Below the pieces are notes generated by a model. That model was given only the letters and a program-made list of their open reading frames with translations, was not told where the DNA came from and made no database searches. Of a stretch of 64,000 bases of DNA, positions 1 to 8,290 are shown in pieces (the first letter of the stretch is position 1; every line of letters starts with the position of its first letter). The position numbers and the translations under genes are program-made. Source of the DNA: an uncultured cyanobacterium (GTDB taxonomy: Bacteria > Cyanobacteriota > Cyanobacteriia > CAKZMO01); assembly GCA_963719515.1 (NCBI GenBank), contig CAVRCJ010000011.1, positions 64,001 to 128,000 on the forward strand. The letters are read 5' to 3'.

Positions 1-1
1 C

Positions 2-559
2 CAAACGCCTATACTAAAACCCCTGTCCTATCTACTGATTGAGCACGAAAATCTCTATCAATTTAATTTTGTAATACCCAGTATACTGACATCTACTTTT
101 GCATTACTTTTTATTGTCCTAGAACCTTATGTAATTATTTTTGGCTCAGGAGGGCTTGTTGAATCAATAAATAGCTCAATAGGAGCTTTAATAGGATTTT
201 ACATTGCTGCTTTAGCAGCTATTGCTACCTTTGAAAATAAAAGGCTAGATAAAATAATAGTAGGGCGACCAGCAACCTTAACTTACTTCAGTGCCGGCAA
301 AGAATATACTGAGAAGCTGACTCGGCGTAGGTTTCTGTCATTTTTATTTGGATATTGCTCGTTTACTTCAATTGTTTTATTTGTAGTTGGCACCTTTGCC
401 AATGCGTTTTATACAGGCGTTAAGCTTTTGGTTCCGCTTCAAGCTCACATGCCATTAACTCTTATATTCGCTTGCGGTTATATCTTTGTTTTCTTCAACC
501 TTATAATAACTACATTTTTAGGCCTATTCTACCTATCTGATCGTCTTCATCGAGATTGA
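2..559 (+). CDS. Partial (5' end outside window) AT-rich membrane protein with about 4 TM helices, not in the ORF track
   Basis: Frame 2 is open from the window start to TGA at 557-559. Translation QTPILKPLSYLLIEH...GFYIAALAAIATF...LTRRRFLSFLFGY...TFLGLFYLSDRLHRD has four hydrophobic segments. Visibly lower GC than the backbone and no HIP1. Confidence 0.75.
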   Translation, partial: QTPILKPLSYLLIEHENLYQFNFVIPSILTSTFALLFIVLEPYVIIFGSGGLVESINSSIGALIGFYIAALAAIATFENKRLDKIIVGRPATLTYFSAGKEYTEKLTRRRFLSFLFGYCSFTSIVLFVVGTFANAFYTGVKLLVPLQAHMPLTLIFACGYIFVFFNLIITTFLGLFYLSDRLHRD

Positions 560-705
560 GCTATCAACTGCTCAAGCAATCGCGCATTTTATACCCATCA
601 TCAGCGCCAATACAGATTTTGGTGCCTATGCAATTCAGAGAATCCGGACGTAGATAGAGAAGTCAAAAATTGGCAGTCGACTGGCTTCAATCTCAATGAC
701 TACGG

Positions 706-2041
706 CAGGGTAAGCGCAAGAAAAAAACCGATATAAGATGCTATGGGGGAACGCAGGGACAACCACCATAGGCAGAGACATGACGAGCAAAGGATTTGGT
801 AAATCTACACCGCCCAATGAAGCGTGCAACCGAGCCCAGGGAGTGCCAGTCTTTGTCGATGGAGACAACAGCGTACAGCAGCAGTGGCTGGGTACCTTTA
901 GTGAGCTGAAAGACCCACGAGGGCCACAGGGGATAGAGCATCCGTTTTTGAGCATTGTGATGATAGCAATTTTGGCGACTATCGGCGGCGCAAGGGGATG
1001 GGAGGACATCGAAACCTATGGGGAAAGCCACGAGCAGTGGCTGGGGCAGTTTCTTGAATTGCCTAAAGGGGTGCCTAGTGCTGACACCTACAGACGGTTA
1101 TTCGAGCGCATCGAGCCAGAGGCGCTAGAGCGGTGCTTTTTGTTATGGGTGAAGCAGATTGCCCAAGTGACAGGAGCTCAGGTGATTCCGATTGATGGCA
1201 AGAGCGTGCGCGGCTCCTACGACCGAGGCAAAAAGCAGTCGGCATTGCACCTAGTAAGTGCCTGGAGCAGTGAGCACCAGCTGCTGCTAGGGCAAGTGAA
1301 GGTAGAGAGCAAGAGCAATGAGATCACGGCTATTCCAGCGCTATTGGAGCTGCTCGACATCAGTGGGTGTATCATCACGATTGACGCAATGGGCACTCAG
1401 CACGAGATTGCTAAGCAGATTGTTGCCAAAGGCGGGGACTATGTTTTGTGCCTGAAGGCGAACCATCCGACCCTCTCAAAGCAGGTGAGTGACTGGTTCG
1501 ATAAAGCTCAGGCAACGGGATTTGAAGGCATTGAGCACAGCTACGACCGGCGATGTGACGGAGCTCATCAGCGCATTGAGCATCGGCAGGTGTGGGCAGT
1601 GCCTTTGAGTGCGATTGAACCTGTGCATGGTCAAGCCCAGTGGTCAGGGCTGCAAAGCATCGTCATGGTCAAGCGCGTGCGGCACCTGTGGAACAAGACG
1701 ACTCAAGAGACGATGATGTATTTGACCTCACTCCCTTGTGATGCCGTCGCCATTGGCCGGGCAATTCGCACCCATTGGAGTATCGAAAACCAGCTGCACT
1801 GGGTACTCGATGTGACTTTTGGCGAGGATGCTTCTCGCATTCGCTCGGGGCATGCCCCACAGAATATAGCCCTACTGCGGCGCATGGCTATCGGTATGCT
1901 CAACCAGGAAACCTCTAAGAAGCGAAGTCTAAGTCAGAAGGCGAAGCGAGCCTCGATGAGTCCTGACTATATGCTCACAGTCCTCTCCGCCGCACTCTCG
2001 CCATAGCACATTTTTATGATGTTTTTCTTGCGCTTACCCTG
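706..2041 (+). mobile_element. Complete ISAs1-family insertion sequence (1336 bp)
   Basis: Perfect 20-bp terminal IRs CAGGGTAAGCGCAAGAAAAA (706-725) and its reverse complement (2022-2041). 10-bp direct repeat ATGACTACGG at 696-705 and 2042-2051. Encloses the transposase. Confidence 0.95.
738..2006 (+). CDS. ISAs1-family DDE transposase (true start may be downstream, e.g. 780)
   Basis: Motifs DPR, IDGKSVRGS, KSNEITAIPALL, TIDAMGTQ, HWSIENQLHWVLDVTFGED. Confidence 0.95.
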   Translation: MLWGNAGTTTIGRDMTSKGFGKSTPPNEACNRAQGVPVFVDGDNSVQQQWLGTFSELKDPRGPQGIEHPFLSIVMIAILATIGGARGWEDIETYGESHEQWLGQFLELPKGVPSADTYRRLFERIEPEALERCFLLWVKQIAQVTGAQVIPIDGKSVRGSYDRGKKQSALHLVSAWSSEHQLLLGQVKVESKSNEITAIPALLELLDISGCIITIDAMGTQHEIAKQIVAKGGDYVLCLKANHPTLSKQVSDWFDKAQATGFEGIEHSYDRRCDGAHQRIEHRQVWAVPLSAIEPVHGQAQWSGLQSIVMVKRVRHLWNKTTQETMMYLTSLPCDAVAIGRAIRTHWSIENQLHWVLDVTFGEDASRIRSGHAPQNIALLRRMAIGMLNQETSKKRSLSQKAKRASMSPDYMLTVLSAALSP

Positions 2042-2111
2042 ATGACTACGGCGATCTCTATAGCTTTCTCAAGATCAAGTGTTCGCTCAAAAGTCATAGC
2101 ATTTGCTAGTC

Positions 2112-2148
2112 ATGCCGAGGCGATCTCGCTGCGAGATCGCCTCGGCAT
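2112..2148. repeat. Perfect palindrome with 18-bp arms and a 1-nt centre
   Basis: ATGCCGAGGCGATCTCGC-T-GCGAGATCGCCTCGGCAT. Confidence 0.85.
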
Positions 2149-2216
2149 TCTATTCGCCCTCAAACAACAAGCTACAATTCACGTAGTGTCCAGAGAGTTT
2201 CAGGTAAAAGCTCCTC

Positions 2217-2453
2217 ATGATCCAACCTACACTCTTAGAAAAGCTAGAAGCTTTGCCCGAGCACCTTCAGGTCGAAGTGCTCCACTACGTTGAGTTCTTG
2301 CTAGAAAAGAAAGTTAACGGCAAAGCTATCCCTATACATGAATCACCTAAGGCGCAGGACGAAAACCGCTACGGCTATGGCAGCATGGCTGGACAAATTA
2401 CCATGTCAGATGATTTCGATAAGCCTCTAGAAGAATTAGCGGAATACATGTAG
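2217..2453 (+). CDS. DUF2281-like antitoxin (VapB-type)
   Basis: LEALPEHLQVEVLHYVEFLLEK and a C-terminal GSMAGQITMSDDFDKPL. Directly upstream of a PIN-toxin start. Confidence 0.8.
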   Translation: MIQPTLLEKLEALPEHLQVEVLHYVEFLLEKKVNGKAIPIHESPKAQDENRYGYGSMAGQITMSDDFDKPLEELAEYM

Positions 2454-2454
2454 C

Positions 2455-2607
2455 ATGGCAGCGCTTTTAGATACCCATGTGCTGCTGTGGTACGTGATGG
2501 CTGATGACAGGTTAAGCGATCGCGCTAAATCACTCGTCGACACGCGGTCAGACCTATTTTTCAGTACCGCTAGCCTATGGGAAATTTCAACAAAGATCAG
2601 CGGCAAA
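2455..2607 (+). pseudogene. Truncated VapC/PIN-domain toxin (N-terminal ~50 aa)
   Basis: MAALLDTHVLLW...LS..A...FFSTASLWEISTKIS is a PIN N-terminus. The rest of ORF 2455-2739 is antisense of the Uma2 fragment. Confidence 0.8.
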
Positions 2608-2799
2608 AATCGCGTAGGGCTGCTTGCGAAGCGCTGCCTTGAGCAGAAAAATCAGCGTCGTGATGATCTCATTATGCTCAGGCGCGCCGCCAGTCATCGG
2701 AACAATTTCTCCAGCGCGGTATTCGCTGCGGGTCTCTGACGCGACCTCCAAAGCAAGGTAGTCTTCAGCCGTGTAGGTTTTACCGGCAGCAATAACCAT
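2587..2799 (-). pseudogene. Truncated Uma2-family endonuclease (N-terminal ~70 aa)
   Basis: YTAEDYLALE..SETRSEY..GEIVPMTGG.PEHN.I is a typical Uma2 N-terminus. It ends before the PD-(D/E)xK core. Confidence 0.8.
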
Positions 2800-2970
2800 A
2801 GCGTTCCCTGTGTATTGCCCCTCAGCCCCGAGGAGAGCTATCGCTATCCTAGCAAGCTAACGAAAGGGCCATTGACCCAACCGCCCCCCATGCTGTAACG
2901 TGATACGCCATAGCCCTAATACAGCTATACGCCTATGTAACGAACCAACGCAACAAGCCATTATTACGCT

Positions 2971-3112
2971 CCCTGGAAGTGCAGCAACACGACCAGAGAG
3001 CTAAGCCCCAGCGCTGAAGGAAGCAGCACGGAGGCCTACGAGGCATTATGCCACTCCCGTAGCGCCACCCTGTTTGTCCTGCCCAATTTTTACGGGCACC
3101 AGCGGGGTGGCT
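2971..3112 (+). ncRNA. Putative structured leader RNA, copy 1 (homologous to 52445-52563)
   Basis: Shares CCCTGGAAGTGC..CAACAC..CCAG, CTAA.CCC, CGCTGAA..CAGC.CGGAGGC and a terminal GC-rich stem with the minus-strand copy. Confidence 0.6.
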
Positions 3113-3185
3113 TGATTGTTTTTGGCCCATCATCGGCGATCGCCGTTCGATCGATAAACCATCGCATCGATACGGCATCGGCACG

Positions 3186-3213
3186 GTAGGGCCATGGCAT
3201 GCCATGGCCCTAC
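3186..3213. repeat. REP-like perfect 28-bp palindrome starting with GTAG; a degenerate relative lies at 3314-3341
   Basis: GTAGGGCCATGGCATGCCATGGCCCTAC; second unit GTACGGGCACAGCACGCTGTGCCCCAAC. Confidence 0.7.
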
Positions 3214-3254
3214 AAAAATATCGGACCCATCCAAAACAATTCGGGAGAAACCCC

Positions 3255-3563
3255 ATGACCGCGACGAATTACAGCGATCGCTCCAATCAATCCGATCATC
3301 ACCCCAACCCCCCGTACGGGCACAGCACGCTGTGCCCCAACCCAACCAATCGCCCCAATCCCTTTCCCCAGCCTCAAGACCCCAACAACGACGTTCTGCA
3401 AATCATCGCCATCGGCCCCCGCACCACCGTCGACCACTACATGATTCGCCAGCACCAGCTCGGCTACGCAGAACCCAAAGAGTGGAGCCCTCCCCTTCCC
3501 GCCCCCGACGGTATCAACACCATGCGCATCCTCACCAAGCGCTTCCCCAAACGGCGAGACTAG
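3255..3563 (+). CDS. Small hypothetical protein, 'HQLGYA..WS.P' family, copy 1
   Basis: GGAG RBS before ATG 3255. Core LQIIAIG...V......HQLGYAEPKEWSPPLPA....MRILTK aligns with 52167-52406. Confidence 0.75.
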   Translation: MTATNYSDRSNQSDHHPNPPYGHSTLCPNPTNRPNPFPQPQDPNNDVLQIIAIGPRTTVDHYMIRQHQLGYAEPKEWSPPLPAPDGINTMRILTKRFPKRRD

Positions 3564-3634
3564 CCGCGCCTGCGCAATAGCCTGAGCGATCGCTGCCGTG
3601 AAAGAGCGGCGATCGCTCAATCTAAACCGAGAAA

Positions 3635-4813
3635 CTACTGGCCCTGACTAGGCAGATAGCGCTGCAGCAAAGACGACCAATCTGATTCACTCAACTCCTG
3701 CAAAATCTGCTGGTTTAACGATTCTCGCAGGGGGGAATTGTTGGGGAGCGCAAATGCGTACTGACTAGCTTGAATGCCCGTGCTTTCTATCTGAAGACGC
3801 TTTTGAAAATCGTCTTGATTTAGCGTCTGCAGCGTCGTCGCGCCATCTACAAAAGCGTCAATTTCGCCGCTGGCAACCGCTTCTAGGCCCGCTTTGGGAG
3901 CAGAAAAGGTCTGAAACTGAATTTGCTCCTGCTTCAGGTACTGAGCTGCAGTAGAGTTCTCGATGCTGCCCACCTGCATCGACGTCAAATCCTCTATTGG
4001 AAGAGGCTGAATTCCCTCATTAAGCAATAAAACCGAGGTGATTGACGAAGTAAGACTTGCCGTAAGTCCCATCGCCACAAGCATCCAGATCAGGGCTAAA
4101 ATACGCCCCAGAACGGTTTGGGGCGCTTTATCCCCATAGCCAATTGTCGTCATAGTGACGCCAGCCCACCAAAAGCCATCCCAAATGCCTTTGATCGGAG
4201 ACTTGCTGTACATATTCTCGTTGGAGCTCCGCTCAAAAAGCCAGCACAGCAGCCCCACCACAAATAAGATCATAGACAGCCCAAGGCAAATTTTCAGGAA
4301 CTGAGGCGACACGACGGCTTTGACAACTTCCCACAGCCGCTGTCTCCGTTTCGTGGCAATGCCCAACGTCGTGGCGAAGTAGCTCTGAGTAAAGTTCACC
4401 CGCTGCTCCCTAGCGACAGTGGCGGTCATTAGGGCGACGTCTAGGGTGCCGGATTCTAGCTGGGCAACTGCCTGCTCCGGCTGAACTTCGCGCCACTGAT
4501 AGTCAAGGTTGAGTTCGTAGGCCATTTCGCGCCAGAGCTGCACACCAATGCCATCCCAATCGGTATCGCCCTGATTGTTGCTGGATTTGATAACGAAGGG
4601 TGGGGCAGAGAGCAGTCCCACCGTCAGGGTTCGCCCTTCTGAGCCTATTGGACTGGCGGGAGCCGCTTGGGGAGCTTCGCGAGACGCCTCCGGCGTTTGG
4701 GCTACGGTGAACGCTCTAGGAAGAACAAGAAGCAGACAGACTATCAGCGCACTTAACACATAAGATAGAGGCCTCATTCTGCAAGCAATCGCTCGCTGCT
4801 TTCTTGCTCCCAT
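3635..4813 (-). CDS. GluR0-like ligand-gated K+ channel (split periplasmic binding domain plus pore)
   Basis: SBP family 3 halves flank a TM-pore-TM segment with WWAGVTMTTIGYGD. Confidence 0.85.
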   Translation of the reverse strand: MGARKQRAIACRMRPLSYVLSALIVCLLLVLPRAFTVAQTPEASREAPQAAPASPIGSEGRTLTVGLLSAPPFVIKSSNNQGDTDWDGIGVQLWREMAYELNLDYQWREVQPEQAVAQLESGTLDVALMTATVAREQRVNFTQSYFATTLGIATKRRQRLWEVVKAVVSPQFLKICLGLSMILFVVGLLCWLFERSSNENMYSKSPIKGIWDGFWWAGVTMTTIGYGDKAPQTVLGRILALIWMLVAMGLTASLTSSITSVLLLNEGIQPLPIEDLTSMQVGSIENSTAAQYLKQEQIQFQTFSAPKAGLEAVASGEIDAFVDGATTLQTLNQDDFQKRLQIESTGIQASQYAFALPNNSPLRESLNQQILQELSESDWSSLLQRYLPSQGQ

Positions 4814-4980
4814 TGCTGCTTAACCGTTCCAGTACGGTTTAACCTTGACTGGTAAAGGTAACGTTCTGCCACCGCCAGAAGAGGGAGACGATGCCTTTGA
4901 AATGCCCATCGACCAGTTACCTGGCCCTGCTTCACCTTGCGCCCGGCAGAGATACGCCTACACTCAAACGGAACAACTCT

Positions 4981-5085
4981 ATGAGCGAATTACAGCCTGC
5001 CGCGATCGCTGCGCTGGAGGCTCCGGCGCGGGCACGTTCGAACTACCCGGAGCCCTTTGCCTCAAGGATGGCGGGGCGAGAAAAG
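4981..5085 (+). pseudogene. N-terminal remnant of a cupin-domain protein
   Basis: MSELQPAAIAALEAPARARSNYPEPFASRMAGREK resembles the conserved start of a cupin family. The sequence then runs into the dcd 3' end. Confidence 0.6.
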
Positions 5086-5098
5086 TTCTACAGCAGGG

Positions 5099-5731
5099 CT
5101 ACACCTTCGCCAACGTCACGGCCTGGGGCTGATCTTGGTACTTACCCCGCCGCTTTTCGTAGCTCACCTCGCAGGGCTCCCCCTCAAAAAACAGCAGCTG
5201 CACGATGCCCTCCCCAGCGTAGATACGGCAGTCGGCGCTAGAGGAATTAGAGAATTCTAAGGTGAGGTGGCCGCGCCACGCCGCCTCTGCCGGGGTCAAG
5301 TTAGCGATAATGCCGCAGCGGGCATAGGTGCTCTTGCCAATGCAGATAACGCTAATATTCTCAGGGACTTCTAGGTGCTCCAGCGCCACCCCGAGCCCGT
5401 AGGAATGGGCCGGTAAAATAAAGAACTCTCCCTGTTCGTCTTGGTGAAGCTCGGTCTGCACCAGATTGTCGGGATTGAAGCATTTGGGGTCGACCACCGT
5501 GCCGGGAATATGGCGGAAGATGCGAAACTCAGCGGGGGAAAGCCGGATGTCGTAGCCATAGGACGACAGGCCGTAGCTGATCACGAGGCGCGACGCTGGG
5601 TCCGGGCTGGGGGCGATCGCCTGCGGCGGCGAGGTTTCCGGCTGCGACAGCCGACGGACTAGAGCGGGCTCGAACGGGCTAATCATCCCAGACTGCGCCA
5701 TCTGAGTGATCCAGGCGTCGTTTTTAATCAT
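5099..5731 (-). CDS. dcd: dCTP deaminase
   Basis: SYGLSSYGYDIR, GKSTYARCG, TPAEAAWRGHLTLE, GKYQDQ. Confidence 0.95.
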   Translation of the reverse strand: MIKNDAWITQMAQSGMISPFEPALVRRLSQPETSPPQAIAPSPDPASRLVISYGLSSYGYDIRLSPAEFRIFRHIPGTVVDPKCFNPDNLVQTELHQDEQGEFFILPAHSYGLGVALEHLEVPENISVICIGKSTYARCGIIANLTPAEAAWRGHLTLEFSNSSSADCRIYAGEGIVQLLFFEGEPCEVSYEKRRGKYQDQPQAVTLAKV

Positions 5732-5762
5732 GGAGAATTCCCTATCCGTGAACGGTATGACA

Positions 5763-6311
5763 TCAAAAGCGATGGGTACGGCGTAGCTCGGTTACCTGGT
5801 CCGCCACCTGCAGAACCGCCGAGGGCATATCGGGGCCGGTGAGCACAACATCCACATGGGGCGGACGCTGCTTCAGAAATATCAGCAGCTCGTCTACAGG
5901 AATAAAGTTGAACTTGATGGCGAGGCTCAACTCGTCTAGAACCACCAGCGAGTAGCGGCCTTGACGAACCACCGTTTGAGTATGCTGCCAAAGGTGCCGG
6001 AGCGCTTCAACGTCACCTTCGCTCAGCTGGCTATCGAGATGGGAGGCGTCGACGCAGTGGGTAAGGCCGCAGCGGAGCCAATCTAGATGCTGCCCCAGCT
6101 GAACCGGATGCTCGGGGCCTTGAGCAATGCCCCCCTTGAGAAATTGCACCACCAAAACAGGTGCGCCTTGACCCGCTGCCCTCAAAGCTTGAGCCATGAC
6201 GTCGGTAAAGAAGCTGCGGTAGGCGCTGGTGAAGACCTGAATTTGGCCGTCAATCACGTGAAGATGACGCGGAGTAGGGGGGCGATCCAATCGGGAGAGC
6301 TGGGAGACCAT
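5763..6311 (-). CDS. Cob(I)alamin adenosyltransferase-like (CobO/BtuR fold) P-loop protein
   Basis: ALRAAGQG..VLVVQFLKGG, YSLVVLDEL, DVVLTG, ADQVTELR. The Walker A motif is degenerate. Confidence 0.8.
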   Translation of the reverse strand: MVSQLSRLDRPPTPRHLHVIDGQIQVFTSAYRSFFTDVMAQALRAAGQGAPVLVVQFLKGGIAQGPEHPVQLGQHLDWLRCGLTHCVDASHLDSQLSEGDVEALRHLWQHTQTVVRQGRYSLVVLDELSLAIKFNFIPVDELLIFLKQRPPHVDVVLTGPDMPSAVLQVADQVTELRRTHRF

Positions 6312-6776
6312 CTTGTGCTTCTAATGACGATAACTCAAAAACGAGGCCGCTTCGGGGATCTTTCGGCGGGGCGGGACAAAGGTAAGTGTAGCGTGCGCCT
6401 CCGCCATTCTACCCGCATCTGACCCCATATCTATTAAAATCCACGGCTTCGTTCTGTCAAGATTACGGCGAAGTGCTGTCGAGAGTTTCACGCGGGCGAT
6501 CGCCCAAGCTGCTGATGCCTATCACCATTTTCCTTTTCTTAAGAGAAGTTTTACAATTCTTAAGCAAGCCTTAAATCCTCCGCATTATCCCCCCCCTTAG
6601 GATTGAATTTCTAGAGAAATTGTCGTTCTATGAGCCATAAGCCCCGAATTCGTCAGCTCAACCTCCTGAGGCGCTGCCGATCAAAATCCTCTACCGCCGT
6701 GCTGTCTAACCGTAAGCGGATAATAGTGGAGAAAGCCTTGAGCTACGGGGTGTGCACTTATTCAAATGGTTTAGTG

Positions 6777-7661
6777 ATGAGAAAGCTACTTAATCCTCGC
6801 TGCGGCCTGTCGCGCGCAGCGGTGATTGCCGTCAGTTTAACTGGGCTAGCTGCTGTGAGCTGCACTCAAGCAGAGCCTGACCCAACTGCGACTGCCCCCC
6901 AAGAGGTTTCGGCGGAGACAGGGACGCTAGAGTTTCGCGCCAACGGCGAAGATTTTGTGCGCCAAGGATTTGTTAGCAAAGACGGCTGGCAGATCGACTT
7001 CGAGCATCTCTACGTCACTCTTTCTGATATCAAGGCCTACCAGAGCGACCCGCCCTACGACCCAAGCTCCGACGATGCCATCAGCGCTAGCCCAGACGCT
7101 GAGGTTCCGCAGGAGATTACGGTTGATTTAGCGGCAGGCGATGAGCAGGCAAAGCCTGTATTGATCGACTCTGTCGCAGCGCCTGCTGGACAGTACAATG
7201 CCCTCTCCTGGACGATGTCTCCGGCAACCTCAGGGCCTGCGGCGGGTAGCACCTTGATGCTGGTGGGGGCGGCCACCAAAGATGGCGAGACGGTTCCCTT
7301 TACCATTCAGCTTGACCCTGAGTACACCTACACCTGCGGCGAGTACGTCGGCGACGCTCGCAAAGGGATTTTAGAGGCGGAAGGACAGGCCGACATGGAG
7401 ACAACGTTTCATTTTGACCACGTTTTTGGCGACGGAGAAGCCGCGGCAAGTGACCCCATTAATACTGGAGCGGTGGGGTTTGAGCCGTTCGCAGCCTTGG
7501 CAAATGGCGGAACCCTGGTGACCGATATGGCGGCTTTAGAGCAAGCCCTATCGCCGCAGGTCTACAGCACTTTAGAAGAGGCTCTCCTTGGGTTAGGGCA
7601 TGTCGGAGAAGGCCACTGTTCCGAAATTTCGGCACATTCTGACCATGGCCAAGAGGGTTAA
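6777..7661 (+). CDS. DUF4382-like lipoprotein, putative metal-binding partner of the ECF transporter
   Basis: Lipobox-like LAAVSC; ANGEDFVRQGF, TFHFDHVFGD, His-rich end (GHVGEGHC..HSDH). Start moved from 6630 to ATG 6777 to give a signal peptide. Confidence 0.65.
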   Translation: MRKLLNPRCGLSRAAVIAVSLTGLAAVSCTQAEPDPTATAPQEVSAETGTLEFRANGEDFVRQGFVSKDGWQIDFEHLYVTLSDIKAYQSDPPYDPSSDDAISASPDAEVPQEITVDLAAGDEQAKPVLIDSVAAPAGQYNALSWTMSPATSGPAAGSTLMLVGAATKDGETVPFTIQLDPEYTYTCGEYVGDARKGILEAEGQADMETTFHFDHVFGDGEAAASDPINTGAVGFEPFAALANGGTLVTDMAALEQALSPQVYSTLEEALLGLGHVGEGHCSEISAHSDHGQEG

Positions 7662-7778
7662 GTCCAAATCTATTGATATAGACATAGATAGAGTGTGCTG
7701 AACTCAAAACTGCATCACATTGGTCAAGGTTAAGCCTCTGTATCTAGACCTGATAACGCCAACCTCAAACCGCAAACT

Positions 7779-8276
7779 ATGATGAGACAATGTGTCCCTC
7801 TTTTAGCGCTGTTAGCTGCGATCGCCACCTTTAAGCCGCCGGCAGCGATCGCTCACGGCGTCGATCTTGCGGTGGAGCCGCTGCAGTCGCTGCGGGTAAG
7901 GGCGGCCTATGACTCTGGTGAAGCGATGACAAACGCCGCCGTCGTGGTCTACGCCCCGGACAATCCGGCCGAGCCCTGGACCACCGGCACGACCGACGAC
8001 CAGGGGTACTTCACCTTTGTCCCCGATGCGGCGATCGCCGGCAATTGGGACATTCAGGTGAGGCAGGCGGGCCACGGCGATATCGTGTCTGTGCCCCTCT
8101 CCTCGAATTCGGTGGGAGGGGCCGCTAGTGACGTCAACAATGGCTCAGCCGCAGTTCCACTGGCCTCGTCTACCCTGCAGTCACCCCTACAAAAGGGGCT
8201 AATGATTGGCTCAGTTTTTTGGGGCTGTCTGGGCACTGCACTCTTCTTCTCGACTCGGACGCGACAATCGAACTAA
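7779..8276 (+). CDS. CbiL/NikL-like accessory protein (signal peptide, beta-sandwich, C-terminal TM)
   Basis: AIA|HG cleavage site exposing a His, GTTDDQGYFTF, C-terminal TM. Directly upstream of cbiM. Confidence 0.7.
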   Translation: MMRQCVPLLALLAAIATFKPPAAIAHGVDLAVEPLQSLRVRAAYDSGEAMTNAAVVVYAPDNPAEPWTTGTTDDQGYFTFVPDAAIAGNWDIQVRQAGHGDIVSVPLSSNSVGGAASDVNNGSAAVPLASSTLQSPLQKGLMIGSVFWGCLGTALFFSTRTRQSN

Positions 8277-8290
8277 GGATTTTCTACAGA

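Noticed and set aside
6312..6776. Cobalamin riboswitch upstream of the cbi operon
   Set aside because: I could not find B12-box or other conserved cobalamin aptamer elements; an Rfam scan would settle it.
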